Shown: positions 48,821-59,446, counted from the first letter of the stretch. The stretch: DNA of 64,000 nt from a bacterium (GCA_013360215.1 JABWCP010000012.1:1-64000); one strand, 5' to 3'. A program made the numbers and translations. Notes: a model not told the origin generated them from the sequence alone.

Positions 48821-50215
48821 TTGAAAAAATACCCTGTCCTTTCTTTACGCGAACGCGTCCGGCCGCATGCCGACTATGATGGTAGTGGTGTGACTATCGC
48901 TTTTGTGGACAGCGGATATTATCCACATCCGGAATTGCGCGGTCGTATTCTAAAATTTGTGGATGTGTCATCGGAAGCATTTACGGAAAAAGATTTTCAT
49001 ACAATCCGGCCGTCCAGTTGGCACGGTACGATGGTAGCCTGCTCCGCCTGCGGGAACGGCATCTGGTCCAAAGGTTATTATCGCGGAATCGCATCCGGAG
49101 CTAATGTAGTTTTGATCAAAGCCTTTGACGGTAAAAAAGTAAAATCGTCGTATATCCTTAAATCCCTCACATGGATTATCGCCCATCACAAGCCGTATCA
49201 TATTCGCGTCGTCAGTGTATCCGTGGGCGGTGACCGCAATGAACCTTCCGAAAAAAGCCGCATTTGCAAGGCTATTCACCGTTTACATCAGTTAGGCATT
49301 ACCGTGATTGCGGCGGCCGGCAATAATCCTTCACGACCGGTGATTCCACCGGCGAGCTGCCGCTTTGCTATCGCCGTCGGAGGTATCTACGATCATAACG
49401 ACAAAAACCCGGATACGGCCAGCGAATATGGTTCCTCCTACGGTATTACTTTAGATGGTCTGAGTAAACCGGAAATCGTAGCGCATGCCCGGTTTTTACC
49501 GGCACCAATGCTGCCGGAAAATTTTACATATGCGGAATCGGAAATTCTGCATGTACTTTATAAAACACCGGCCAGTAATCTGAAGCGTAAGTTAAGGTCG
49601 TTGATACATAAAACGCGCTTAGACGCGGCTATTCTTTCTCTCAAGCCGGCAGAAATCAAAAAAGCTATACGGCAACGCATGGACGGCGAAAAATTTATCG
49701 CACCGGGTTTTCAACACGTTGATGGCACTTCATTTGCCGCGCCGATCATAGCCGCCGTAGTGGCGCAAATGCTGGAAGCTAATCCATTGCTGACGCCGAC
49801 CATGATACGTATGATCCTCGAAACGACGGCCAAACGTATACCCGGCATTGCACCCGAGAAACAAGGATTCGGCCTCGTTCAAGCCAAGGCTTGTGTAGAA
49901 CAGGCTTTGATAGAAACGTCTATGCCGGAAATTCACGAGTCTCCATTGATACTCAAAGATCGCATTGTTTTTTTGTATTACCATCGCAATATCCGCAAGG
50001 TCAATCTTGTCGGTGATTTTACGGATTGGCAAAAGAACAAATTACTCTTCGTTGAAATTCGTCCCGGTGTATGGCGTGTTGATATACCCCTTTTATCAGC
50101 CGGGCAATACCAGTACAAATTTTTTGTGGATGATACTTTATGGACCGAAGACCCGCTCAATCCGCATAAAACTGCCGACTCGTTCGGAGGAATGAATAAC
50201 ATTCTGCATATCTGA
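48821..50215 (+). CDS. S8 subtilase (AprX-like) fused to a C-terminal AMPK1_CBM/CBM48-like domain
   Basis: FVDSG, WHGT, AAGN, GTSFAAP; C-terminal VNLVGDFTDW...GVW...YQYKFFVD...DPLNP; TTG start uncertain. Confidence 0.85.
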   Translation: MKKYPVLSLRERVRPHADYDGSGVTIAFVDSGYYPHPELRGRILKFVDVSSEAFTEKDFHTIRPSSWHGTMVACSACGNGIWSKGYYRGIASGANVVLIKAFDGKKVKSSYILKSLTWIIAHHKPYHIRVVSVSVGGDRNEPSEKSRICKAIHRLHQLGITVIAAAGNNPSRPVIPPASCRFAIAVGGIYDHNDKNPDTASEYGSSYGITLDGLSKPEIVAHARFLPAPMLPENFTYAESEILHVLYKTPASNLKRKLRSLIHKTRLDAAILSLKPAEIKKAIRQRMDGEKFIAPGFQHVDGTSFAAPIIAAVVAQMLEANPLLTPTMIRMILETTAKRIPGIAPEKQGFGLVQAKACVEQALIETSMPEIHESPLILKDRIVFLYYHRNIRKVNLVGDFTDWQKNKLLFVEIRPGVWRVDIPLLSAGQYQYKFFVDDTLWTEDPLNPHKTADSFGGMNNILHI

Positions 50216-50346
50216 TCGTCTGTCCTTCATACAAATGCCTGCCAACTGCCTCTTTTTCCTTGCAGGCTTGTATTTTATTTTCACTCCTGTGAATTAATCT
50301 TCTGAATTGCACATCATTAAATCCTTAATTTTTAATGTTATGTTTT

Positions 50347-50374
50347 TGGCATACAAATTGTGATCTCTATCACA
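50347..50374 (+). promoter_or_regulatory. Putative sigma54 promoter (TGGCAT-ACAAA-TTGTG) overlapped by a TGTGA-N6-TCACA (CRP/Rex-type) site
   Basis: -24/-12 at 50347-50362; TGTGATCTCTATCACA at 50359-50374. Confidence 0.5.
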
Positions 50375-50414
50375 CGTAGCAATAACATATCAAAAACTTT
50401 TAGGGAGTCTCGTC

Positions 50415-51005
50415 ATGAAAAATTTACTGAAAATCTTCACATTCGTTTTCGCAACCCATGTAATGGTGGCCGCTCAAACGATCGAAGTCGCAAACGAAGA
50501 ACCGCTTACGCCCGAGCCAAAAAGCACTTACTATGAAACCAAAAACCGTATCGGCTTTGCTGCAGGAAATGTATCCGGGGTTGGCTTATCATACGAACGT
50601 GATCTTTTTAGAAATTTTTCAGCACTGTTTGTCATCGGCGGTGTTGCCCAAAAAAGCCAAAGCGATTTTAATACCGGCCTTACTTTCAAATACACTTTTA
50701 GCCGAATCAACAAACGTGTCAGTGTCAATGTCGTAAGTGGTGGCAGCTATTTTCTTGACATTGACCGTTTTGGGATCTACGACCCTACAACCGGCGATCG
50801 CAGTGAATCGGAACGTCGTCGTAACTATATCAAAATGGGATTGGGTCTCGGAATGACGGCGTTATTTTTCGACGGACGTTTGGGTATTGATGTCAATTTT
50901 ATCGGTATGGGCGCCAGCTTTCAGAAAAAACAAAACAAGAAAGACTATCAGCTTGGCGATAAACCCATTCGCGGACCTCAAGTTAATCTGACGTATCACT
51001 TTTAA
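50415..51005 (+). CDS. Exported, probably outer-membrane beta-barrel protein
   Basis: GGGAG RBS, signal peptide, amphipathic beta strands, C-terminal YHF. Confidence 0.7.
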   Translation: MKNLLKIFTFVFATHVMVAAQTIEVANEEPLTPEPKSTYYETKNRIGFAAGNVSGVGLSYERDLFRNFSALFVIGGVAQKSQSDFNTGLTFKYTFSRINKRVSVNVVSGGSYFLDIDRFGIYDPTTGDRSESERRRNYIKMGLGLGMTALFFDGRLGIDVNFIGMGASFQKKQNKKDYQLGDKPIRGPQVNLTYHF

Positions 51006-51107
51006 TTCCGATATCGTTTTCACGGGTCCTGTCGTGCCAAGGGGGTAACATGGGAATCTGAATCTTTTAGAAAACGTATCGGGAGCATCGGATCCTCTCC
51101 GGTATTT

Positions 51108-51138
51108 AGGCTGAAAACAAATGTGTTCTCAGCCTTTT
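51108..51138 (+). terminator. Terminator about 100 nt after the OMP stop
   Basis: AGGCTGAAAACA...TGTTCTCAGCCTTTT. Confidence 0.6.
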
Positions 51139-51178
51139 GCCGTCATGTGTCCGAATAATCAACGAACTGAAAAAAATC

Positions 51179-51207
51179 TTGACATCCTCGGTCTCTTTTG
51201 ATATTAT
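51179..51207 (+). promoter_or_regulatory. tRNA promoter TTGACA-N17-TATTAT with extended -10 TG
   Basis: Near-consensus sigma70 boxes 33 bp upstream of the tRNA. Confidence 0.75.
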
Positions 51208-51240
51208 TGCCTGCCTGAAAATAAAAAAACATATGAATTT

Positions 51241-51313
<73 letters not shown>

Positions 51314-51320
51314 CAGCAAA

Positions 51321-51352
51321 GACCCTTAAGTTACAACAGCTTAAGGGTTTTT
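51321..51352 (+). terminator. tRNA terminator
   Basis: GACCCTTAAGTT...AGCTTAAGGGTTTTT. Confidence 0.75.
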
Positions 51353-51591
51353 AGTTTATGTCCTATGACATTATTTCACGTAGTTTTATTTCTTCCGTGA
51401 ACTAGTGTATGGTGATGACCGATCGTGCCGTGATATTTTTTCATTTCTTGAACTTATGGGGCATTTTTTTGTAAGTTATGTATAATTGTGACCGGGCACG
51501 TCCCTTGCCACACATCGGTTCCAATGTTCGTGCTTTCCGGTTACCCCTACCTTTTTTGAAACTGCCGACGCTGTTACGAAAGTAAAGCTTC

Positions 51592-54500
51592 ATGAGTATC
51601 ACATCTAAAAAAATATTTCGTCGTCTGTTTTGTTTTTTCCTTTTTCTTTTCATGTTGGCTGCCGATACGAAGGCGCTGGATCCGGAGCGCAGTGTAACGC
51701 AATACGTGCACGATGTTTGGTTGAAAGAAGACGGTTTACCCGGAATCTCCGTACTGTCGTTTTATCAAACCCGTGAAGGGTATTTATGGATCGGTTCGTT
51801 TGAAGGATTGGCGCGTTTTGACGGCGCAAAATTTACGCTTTTCAATCGCCGTTCCATTGATGCTTTTCTCAGTTACGGGCTCTGGCGAATCTTAGAAGAT
51901 AAACACGGTTATATTTGGATGGGAACCAACGGCAACGGTATTTATCGCTTTAAAGATCCTAACTTCCAACGCCTTGCCGTAACCAACGGGCTCACCAATG
52001 ACAATGTTTTATCACTGGCGATGGATCAGGATGAAATAGTTTGGGCGGGCACGCGAAAGGGATTAAACAGAATACGAATTATTTCACAAGATAGTTTTGC
52101 CGTTGAACCCGTGATGTATCGCAGTAATGTACTGCAGGACGTTTTTGGGTTGTGTACCGATCACGACGGCACCGTATGGATAGGCGCTACAAATACTATT
52201 TATCGTTATGTCGAAGGCCGCCTTGAGGAGTTTGCAAACATCGGCGAGCGCATCCGTTCGATGTATGTAGATCGCGATAATAGGATATGGATCGGCACCA
52301 CCAACCCCGGCGTTTTTCAAATTTCAGAAAATCAACTGCGCCATTTTACAACTAAAAACGGGCTCCCCCCGGAATCCATCTGGCGTGTGTGGTATGACCG
52401 TGACGGCAATGTTTGGTTGGGTTCGGATGGTATGGGTCTTTTTCGCGCCAAACCCGGAAGTTTCCGCGACGAAAACGAATTGATTTCCCTTGAGCAGTTT
52501 TCAGAAAAAGAAGGATTAACCAATAATCGAATTTCGGCGCTTTTTGAGGATCGGGAAGGCAGTTTGTGGATCGGCACATTTCGCGGTGGTCTCAATCGCC
52601 TGCGTGACGGAAAATTTATCACTTATGCATCCGCCAACGGAATGGTGCACCCGGTTGTTTATCCCATCGTACAGGAACATAACGGCGATATGTGGTTTGG
52701 TACGGAGGGCGGTTTGTCGCACTATTCGGGCAACCGTTTTGTAAATTACACGACGGCCAACGGGCTTTCCAATAATCAGGTACGCGGCATTGTTCGTGAT
52801 TCCAGGGGCCGCCTGTGGGTCGGCACGTACGGTGCGGGTTTAGATATTTTTAATCCGGCCAGTGGACGATTCGCGCCGGCTCCGTCTGCGATTAACCACG
52901 CCTTTCGCAACATTCGTGATATGCTTAAAGACCGCGAAGGCCATCTGTGGATCGGCACTATCAACAGTATCGGATTGATCAAACCAGACGGCAGCCACCG
53001 TACTTTTACCATGCAAGACGGCCTGCTTACCACATCTATTTTATGTTTGTACGAAGACATCTATGGCAACGTGTGGGCCGGTACGGATGGTGGCGGCGCT
53101 GCACGCTACGATCGTAACAAAGGTTTTTTCAGAGTACTGACGATGAAAGACGGATTGAGCAGCGATATTGTTTTTGCAATACACTGTGACCGGGACAGCG
53201 TATATTGGTTTGCGACGCAAAGCGGCATTACGCGCTACGATCCACGCGCCACAGATTTGCCGTTTGCTTCGCTCACCGTACGCCAAGGTTTGCCGGCCGA
53301 TGCGGCATTTGAAATCCTCGAAGATAATCACGGTTACATCTGGCTTGGCGGTGCAGAAGGAATTTTTCGCATCAGTAAAAAGGATTTTGAAGATGTCGCG
53401 CGCGGTAAAACCAATCAATTGACCCCGCTTCTTTTTGGCAGACCGGACGGTATGAAGACCAGCCAAACAACCCCTTCGGGACGTGCGCACAAAACATCCG
53501 ACGGAAAGCTTTGGTTTCCCACCCCTAAAGGCGCCGTGGTCATCGATCCGGATAAAATAAAAACCAACCCTGTACCGCCACCCGTGGTGATCGAACGATG
53601 CATAGCCGATGGGCAATCATGGCCGATACAAAACGATGTGGTATTGCCGCCCGGTATTTTGCGAATTGAGTTTCAATACGCCGCTTTGAGTTTTCTCGCT
53701 CCGCAGCGCGTATTTCACAAATTTAAACTCGAAGGATTTGACACCGATTGGATGGATGCCGGTACACGACGCACGGCATTCTACACGGGACTTCATCCCG
53801 GCGAATACACTTTTAAAGTCATCGCCTGCAACAACGACGGCATCTGGGCATCGGAGCCGACTTCGTTTTCTTTTACGATTCGTCCGCATTTTTACGAAAC
53901 ACGGTGGTTTTTGCTTCTCATTTTCGGCGGTATGATCGCTGCGGCTTTATCATTATACCGTTGGCGTGTTCGCCACTTGATGCACCGTGAAAAGGAACTA
54001 GCCGCATTGGTCAAACTGCGCACGCATAATCTGGAAGAAGAAAAAAAACGCACCGAGGACGCACGCATCGAAGCCGAACGTCAACGCGAAGAGGCGTTGC
54101 GCGCCAATGAGCTTAAAACACAATTTCTCGGTATGGCATCCCATGACTTAAAAAATCCGTTAGCGGCTATCATAAGTTATACCGATCTGATCATCGAAGC
54201 GTATGACGATAAAGCTCAGTCCATGCGCGATCTGGGTTATATTCGCAAGGCGGCCCATCGCATGCTTCATCTTATTAACGGTCTTCTCAATACGGTTAGC
54301 CTGGAAAGCGGAAAAGTCGTCCTGCAAAAAGAAAAATTAGATGTATCCGATTTGGTGGAACAGGTTCTTTTTAGTAATCAACAAATGCTGGAACGAAAAC
54401 GTCAACATGTGCAGGTACAAACTGTACCCGGACTCTATGTTAACGCCGACCGTGACCGTCTCTACGAAGCGCTGGATAACCTGATCAGTAACGCGATCAA

Positions 54501-54789
54501 ATATTCCGATTACGATAAAACAATACGCGTAGATTTGGGCATGAATGAACTTAAAATCATAATTCGAATCACGGATGAAGGTCCCGGAATGACTACCGAC
54601 GATATGAAAAAACTTTTCGGTAAATTTCAACGTCTTTCAGCCAAACCTACCGGCGGAGAGACATCTACAGGCTTGGGTTTGTCTATCGTCAAACAAATCG
54701 TCGAAATGCATGAAGGCCAGGTTTGGGCCGAAAGTGAATTCGGTAAAGGCAGTACCTTTGTCGTGGAGTTGCCAAGATTCACTTCATAG
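51592..54789 (+). CDS. Sensor histidine kinase with periplasmic double beta-propeller (Reg_prop) and Y_Y_Y domains
   Basis: Repeated D..G.LWIGT..GL; YYY region; TM; ASHDLKNP, NLISNAIKY, DEGPG, TGLGL. Confidence 0.92.
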   Translation: MSITSKKIFRRLFCFFLFLFMLAADTKALDPERSVTQYVHDVWLKEDGLPGISVLSFYQTREGYLWIGSFEGLARFDGAKFTLFNRRSIDAFLSYGLWRILEDKHGYIWMGTNGNGIYRFKDPNFQRLAVTNGLTNDNVLSLAMDQDEIVWAGTRKGLNRIRIISQDSFAVEPVMYRSNVLQDVFGLCTDHDGTVWIGATNTIYRYVEGRLEEFANIGERIRSMYVDRDNRIWIGTTNPGVFQISENQLRHFTTKNGLPPESIWRVWYDRDGNVWLGSDGMGLFRAKPGSFRDENELISLEQFSEKEGLTNNRISALFEDREGSLWIGTFRGGLNRLRDGKFITYASANGMVHPVVYPIVQEHNGDMWFGTEGGLSHYSGNRFVNYTTANGLSNNQVRGIVRDSRGRLWVGTYGAGLDIFNPASGRFAPAPSAINHAFRNIRDMLKDREGHLWIGTINSIGLIKPDGSHRTFTMQDGLLTTSILCLYEDIYGNVWAGTDGGGAARYDRNKGFFRVLTMKDGLSSDIVFAIHCDRDSVYWFATQSGITRYDPRATDLPFASLTVRQGLPADAAFEILEDNHGYIWLGGAEGIFRISKKDFEDVARGKTNQLTPLLFGRPDGMKTSQTTPSGRAHKTSDGKLWFPTPKGAVVIDPDKIKTNPVPPPVVIERCIADGQSWPIQNDVVLPPGILRIEFQYAALSFLAPQRVFHKFKLEGFDTDWMDAGTRRTAFYTGLHPGEYTFKVIACNNDGIWASEPTSFSFTIRPHFYETRWFLLLIFGGMIAAALSLYRWRVRHLMHREKELAALVKLRTHNLEEEKKRTEDARIEAERQREEALRANELKTQFLGMASHDLKNPLAAIISYTDLIIEAYDDKAQSMRDLGYIRKAAHRMLHLINGLLNTVSLESGKVVLQKEKLDVSDLVEQVLFSNQQMLERKRQHVQVQTVPGLYVNADRDRLYEALDNLISNAIKYSDYDKTIRVDLGMNELKIIIRITDEGPGMTTDDMKKLFGKFQRLSAKPTGGETSTGLGLSIVKQIVEMHEGQVWAESEFGKGSTFVVELPRFTS

Positions 54790-54978
54790 CAAACGAATCA
54801 TTTTATCGTTTATACAAGGAAAGACCCATCATACAACCAACTCCGATCCGACCGGATTGAATTTTTAATAAAACGGCGGATCGCCACTCACTGTAGCGAC
54901 CGAGTTTGAATTGGAAATCAAGTTGGCAAAGGCAGCATATCCATTTTGAATTACATATAAAAAAATCATAGTGTATTT

Positions 54979-57900
54979 ATGCAATCATGTCATCCTCTTA
55001 GAAGCCGTGTTCAAATAACCCTGATTTGGTTACATTGCCTTTTCGTCACCGGTTCCTTATACGCGCTGGATCCGGATCGGCGCGTGACACAATACATGCA
55101 TACGATGTGGACGACCGATCAGGGGCTGCCACAAAATAATATTACCTCTATGATCCAAACGCGGGACGGCTATATCTGGTGTGGCACGTTGGATGGGCTT
55201 GTACGATTTGACGGTGTACGCTTTGAAGTTTTTGATAAGCGTAATACGCCGGCCATTCGCAATAATGCAATCATCACGATGTTCGAAGATCGCTCCGGTG
55301 GTTTGTGGGTAGGTACCATAGGCGGAGGCCTAGTGCATTATAAGAACGGAAAATTTATTTCTTACGGATTAACGGAGAAGTTCCCCAGTGCGTATATCTT
55401 GCATATGGCCGAAGACGAACAAGGGCGCTTGTGGTTCGCTACGCGCGACGGATTGGTCACTCGCGGCGATACGTCGTGGATTACCTATACGGCAAAAGAA
55501 GGTTTAACGCATACTTCCGTACGTTCGCTGTTTTTTGATCGTAAAGGACGGCTTTGGATCGGCTCTTCGGTCGGACTCAGTTTAATGGAAAACGGCGTGA
55601 TTCGTAAAATTTTCGCGCACGAACTTGCCGACAAAAACGTCACTTCGATCACTTCCGACAGCACGGATATCATTTGGATTACGGTACTCGGCAAAGGCGT
55701 GTATCGTATCAAGGGAGATAGCATCGCACACTTGCAAGCACCCAAAAGTATTCCTCATAATTTTATCAATGCGATCGCTCGTGATAAAAACGGTAATCGC
55801 TGGTTGGCTACCGATGGCGGTCTCTATCGTGAACATCACGGACGCTTTGAACGATTTATGGATGAATCGAATTTTCCTCTCGACAAAGTCATGTGTCTGC
55901 TGGAAGATCGCGACGGCAATTTGTGGTTTGGCACCAACGGTAGCGGGCTTAACCGTCTGCGTGATGAAAAATTTATCACTTATACGACCCTTGAAGGTTT
56001 TAAAGACAACAGCGCCAACGTCGTATTCGAAGACAGCCGTGCTCGCATCTGGGTCGGTACCGAAGCCGGCGTTTCGATCATTGACGGCGATACGATCCGT
56101 AATCTCGGTGAATCCAGCGGACTGACCAACACCAAAGTGCGTTCTTTTGCGGAAGATACAGACGGACGAATATGGGTCGGCACGCGCGAAGGTGTTTTTG
56201 TATGGAATGAGGTACGTTTCGAATCATGGAATGCGCGCCTCAAAATTCCACCCTTGGTCATTCTCTCCATGCTGCGCGCGCGCGACGGTACGATGTGGAT
56301 CGGCACCGGCGGCGCTGGTGCGGTATCTTACAAACCTCAAAACGTACAACAATATACCTCCAAACAAGGTTTAGCCGGCATCGTCGTGATCGCTATAGCG
56401 GAAGACTCGCTCGGGCGAATGTGGTTTGGCACCAATAGCGGACTGAGTCGCTTCGACGGAAAAAACTTTGTCACATACAATTCCAAAAACGGTATGTCAT
56501 CTGATATTTTTTTATCTCTGTATGTGGACAAAACCAATACGCTGTGGGCGGGTACATTTGGTAACGGACTCAACCGCTTACAAAACGACTCCATCGCCAT
56601 ATTTACGACGGCCGATGGTTTATTCAACGAAAACATGTATTCCATTCTGGAAGATGGCGAAGGTTATCTGTGGATGAGCTGCGGTAAGGGCGTGTTTCGC
56701 GTCGCCAAAGAAGATTTTGAACGATACCGTCAGAAAATAATACCCGTTATACCATGCAAAGTGTTTGGCCGCAGCGACGGTATGCGCAGCAGCGAATGCA
56801 ATGGCACTACACAACCCGCCGCATGGATGACCCGCGGCGGATGGCTTCTGTATCCGACCGGTAAAGGTCTTGCTGCCGTGAATCCGCGTTTGTTGTCGCG
56901 CGTTTCCCCGTCACCGCTGGTCGTCATTGAGCGCATGCTGGCTGAACAAAAACTCATCACCTTAGGTGAAAAAATCGAATTGACGCCGGGACACCGCCGT
57001 ATCGAATTTACATTTACCGGTTTAAGTTTTACCGCTCCGGAAAACAACACATTTATGTACCGGCTTATCGGTTTTGATAAAGAATGGATCCAAGCCGAAA
57101 AAACTCGTCATGCCGTCTATACCAATGTACCGCCCGGTGCATACCGCTTTGAGGTGATGGCTTCCAATAGCGACGGCATTTGGTCCTCGCAACCGGCGAC
57201 AGTATTATTTTCAATTGATCCGTATTTTTTTGAGACCGTGTGGTTTTACAGTTTGTCCGGTGTATTCCTTTTGTATCTCGGTTTTACGTATTACCGTTCG
57301 CGTGTGCGCGAACTGCACGAACGTCAGGAAGAACTGACACGGCTTGTACAGGAACGCACACGTAATCTGCGCGAGGAAAAAGAAAAAACCGAACACGCGT
57401 TGCGGGAATCCGAGGAAGCTAAACGCGAGATCGAAAAATCTCAGCAGGTCATTCAGTCGCAATCACAAAAATTGATCGAATTGGATAAAGTAAAAACCAA
57501 TTTCTTTACCAATATTTCTCACGAATTTCGTACCCCGCTCACATTGATCATCGGACCTTTGGAAGATGTATTGCGATCCGCCACGCTTTCGGCCGATCAA
57601 CGCGTTTCATTTGAACTCATGTTACGTCAAGCCAAGCAACTATTGGGTTTGATCAATCAACTTCTGGAGGCAGCCCGGCTTGAGTCCAATCGGGTTCAGT
57701 TTCATCCTTCACTTCGACCGCTGGTTCCTTTTGTTCGCGAACTGACTTCTATGTTTGAATCGGCGGCTCAGCGTAAAGGCATTCATCTTTCGCTGGAGAC
57801 CTCCGACGAGAAAATACAATTGTACTATGACCTTCATGCGATGGAACGCGTTTTGACAAATCTTATTTCTAATGCGATCAAGTTTACCGAGCAAGGGTTT

Positions 57901-59412
57901 ATAAAAATTACGATCAAACATAGTGAACATACGCATCGTCCGTCGGTTGTCATTTTTGTCGAAGACAGCGGACGCGGTATTCCGCAGGAACATCTCGGCC
58001 ACATCTTTCAGCGTTTTTATCAAGCGGACGGTGTCGAAGCCGATCAACTGGGGAGCGGAATAGGTCTTTCGCTGGTCCACGATTATGTGGAGATGCACCG
58101 CGGCTTGATCACTGTCGAAAGCACGGTCGGCAAAGGCACACGTTTTATGATAACGCTTTTTACCGGCGAAGAACATTTATCCGGTACGATCACACCTCAT
58201 GCTGAAATAAAAACGGAGACCGAATTTATTTACGCCCGTTCCATCGCCGCACTTTCATCCGAACATAACATTACTCCCGAAATATCAGCGCCGGATCCGA
58301 CGGAGCGTCAAACGGCCGATAAGCCTAAGGTATTGATCGCCGATGATAACGCCGATATTCGTTTGTACTTATATAACCTCTTGCGGGACGAATACCGCAT
58401 GATCATGGCGCACGACGGCGCCGCGGCGTTGGATTTGCTTCAACGGGAATTTCCGGATATGGTGCTCAGCGATGTGATGATGCCCAATATGGACGGAATG
58501 GAATTGTGCCGTCGTATCAAATCCGATGAACGCACCCGCCACATTCCGGTCATACTGCTCACCGCACGCGCCGATGAATCCAGCAAAGTGGAAAGCCTCA
58601 ATCTGGGTGCGGACGATTTTGTCGCCAAACCATTTAGCGCTAATGAACTGAAAGCACGCATGCGCAATTTGCTCGGCATCCATGCCATGAAACTGCAGTT
58701 GATCGAACAAGAAAAAATGGCTTCTTTAGGACATCTTGCCCGCGGTGTCGCACATGAAATCAATAATCCGCTCTCCTTTGTAACAGGTAATCTTTCCGTT
58801 TTGGAATCACGGCTAGCCAAACTACATCCGGATGAGAATATTAAACCCATTGTCACCGATATCATGAGCGGAACCAAACGCATTGCCGCGATCGTGCAAC
58901 ACTTGCGTGAATTCACACGTCTGGATGAAGCCGAACGTAAATTCGTTGATCTGTCCGATATGGTGGATAACATTCTCACGCTCTTAGCCGGCGAAATGCA
59001 ATCCGATATTCGCATCGAAAAAAATATCGCACAGGTGCCCATGATTGATTGTTTTCCGCGCGATCTCAATCAAGCGATAGCACAAATCCTTATGAACGCG
59101 ACATATTATGTACGTGAACGCAACCGCATTGAAAACCGGTCTCTTGGTCATATTACCATTCATCTGAACAAAACCGATGAGAAATATGTCGAACTTATCA
59201 TAGAAAACGACGGCTTCCCGATTGCACCCGAAATTCGCGAACATATATTTGAACCCTTCTTTACGACCAAACCCATCGGCAAAGGTACCGGACTGGGCTT
59301 AAGCGCTGTTTACGGCATCATTCGCCGTCACCACGGACAGATACGCTGCGTGTCGGAACCGTCCCAGCCGGTGCGCTTCATTATAATGTTACCGTTTGCA
59401 ATACCGTCATAA
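54979..59412 (+). CDS. Hybrid sensor kinase: propeller-YYY-TM-HisKA-HATPase-REC-second HisKA-HATPase
   Basis: SHEFRTP...GSGIGL; ADDN..SDVMMP..KPF receiver; AHEINNP...IFEPFFTTK.GKGTGLGL. Confidence 0.9.
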   Translation: MQSCHPLRSRVQITLIWLHCLFVTGSLYALDPDRRVTQYMHTMWTTDQGLPQNNITSMIQTRDGYIWCGTLDGLVRFDGVRFEVFDKRNTPAIRNNAIITMFEDRSGGLWVGTIGGGLVHYKNGKFISYGLTEKFPSAYILHMAEDEQGRLWFATRDGLVTRGDTSWITYTAKEGLTHTSVRSLFFDRKGRLWIGSSVGLSLMENGVIRKIFAHELADKNVTSITSDSTDIIWITVLGKGVYRIKGDSIAHLQAPKSIPHNFINAIARDKNGNRWLATDGGLYREHHGRFERFMDESNFPLDKVMCLLEDRDGNLWFGTNGSGLNRLRDEKFITYTTLEGFKDNSANVVFEDSRARIWVGTEAGVSIIDGDTIRNLGESSGLTNTKVRSFAEDTDGRIWVGTREGVFVWNEVRFESWNARLKIPPLVILSMLRARDGTMWIGTGGAGAVSYKPQNVQQYTSKQGLAGIVVIAIAEDSLGRMWFGTNSGLSRFDGKNFVTYNSKNGMSSDIFLSLYVDKTNTLWAGTFGNGLNRLQNDSIAIFTTADGLFNENMYSILEDGEGYLWMSCGKGVFRVAKEDFERYRQKIIPVIPCKVFGRSDGMRSSECNGTTQPAAWMTRGGWLLYPTGKGLAAVNPRLLSRVSPSPLVVIERMLAEQKLITLGEKIELTPGHRRIEFTFTGLSFTAPENNTFMYRLIGFDKEWIQAEKTRHAVYTNVPPGAYRFEVMASNSDGIWSSQPATVLFSIDPYFFETVWFYSLSGVFLLYLGFTYYRSRVRELHERQEELTRLVQERTRNLREEKEKTEHALRESEEAKREIEKSQQVIQSQSQKLIELDKVKTNFFTNISHEFRTPLTLIIGPLEDVLRSATLSADQRVSFELMLRQAKQLLGLINQLLEAARLESNRVQFHPSLRPLVPFVRELTSMFESAAQRKGIHLSLETSDEKIQLYYDLHAMERVLTNLISNAIKFTEQGFIKITIKHSEHTHRPSVVIFVEDSGRGIPQEHLGHIFQRFYQADGVEADQLGSGIGLSLVHDYVEMHRGLITVESTVGKGTRFMITLFTGEEHLSGTITPHAEIKTETEFIYARSIAALSSEHNITPEISAPDPTERQTADKPKVLIADDNADIRLYLYNLLRDEYRMIMAHDGAAALDLLQREFPDMVLSDVMMPNMDGMELCRRIKSDERTRHIPVILLTARADESSKVESLNLGADDFVAKPFSANELKARMRNLLGIHAMKLQLIEQEKMASLGHLARGVAHEINNPLSFVTGNLSVLESRLAKLHPDENIKPIVTDIMSGTKRIAAIVQHLREFTRLDEAERKFVDLSDMVDNILTLLAGEMQSDIRIEKNIAQVPMIDCFPRDLNQAIAQILMNATYYVRERNRIENRSLGHITIHLNKTDEKYVELIIENDGFPIAPEIREHIFEPFFTTKPIGKGTGLGLSAVYGIIRRHHGQIRCVSEPSQPVRFIIMLPFAIPS

Positions 59413-59446
59413 TACCGGTTTTTTGATATATGTAATTTTCGAAAAA

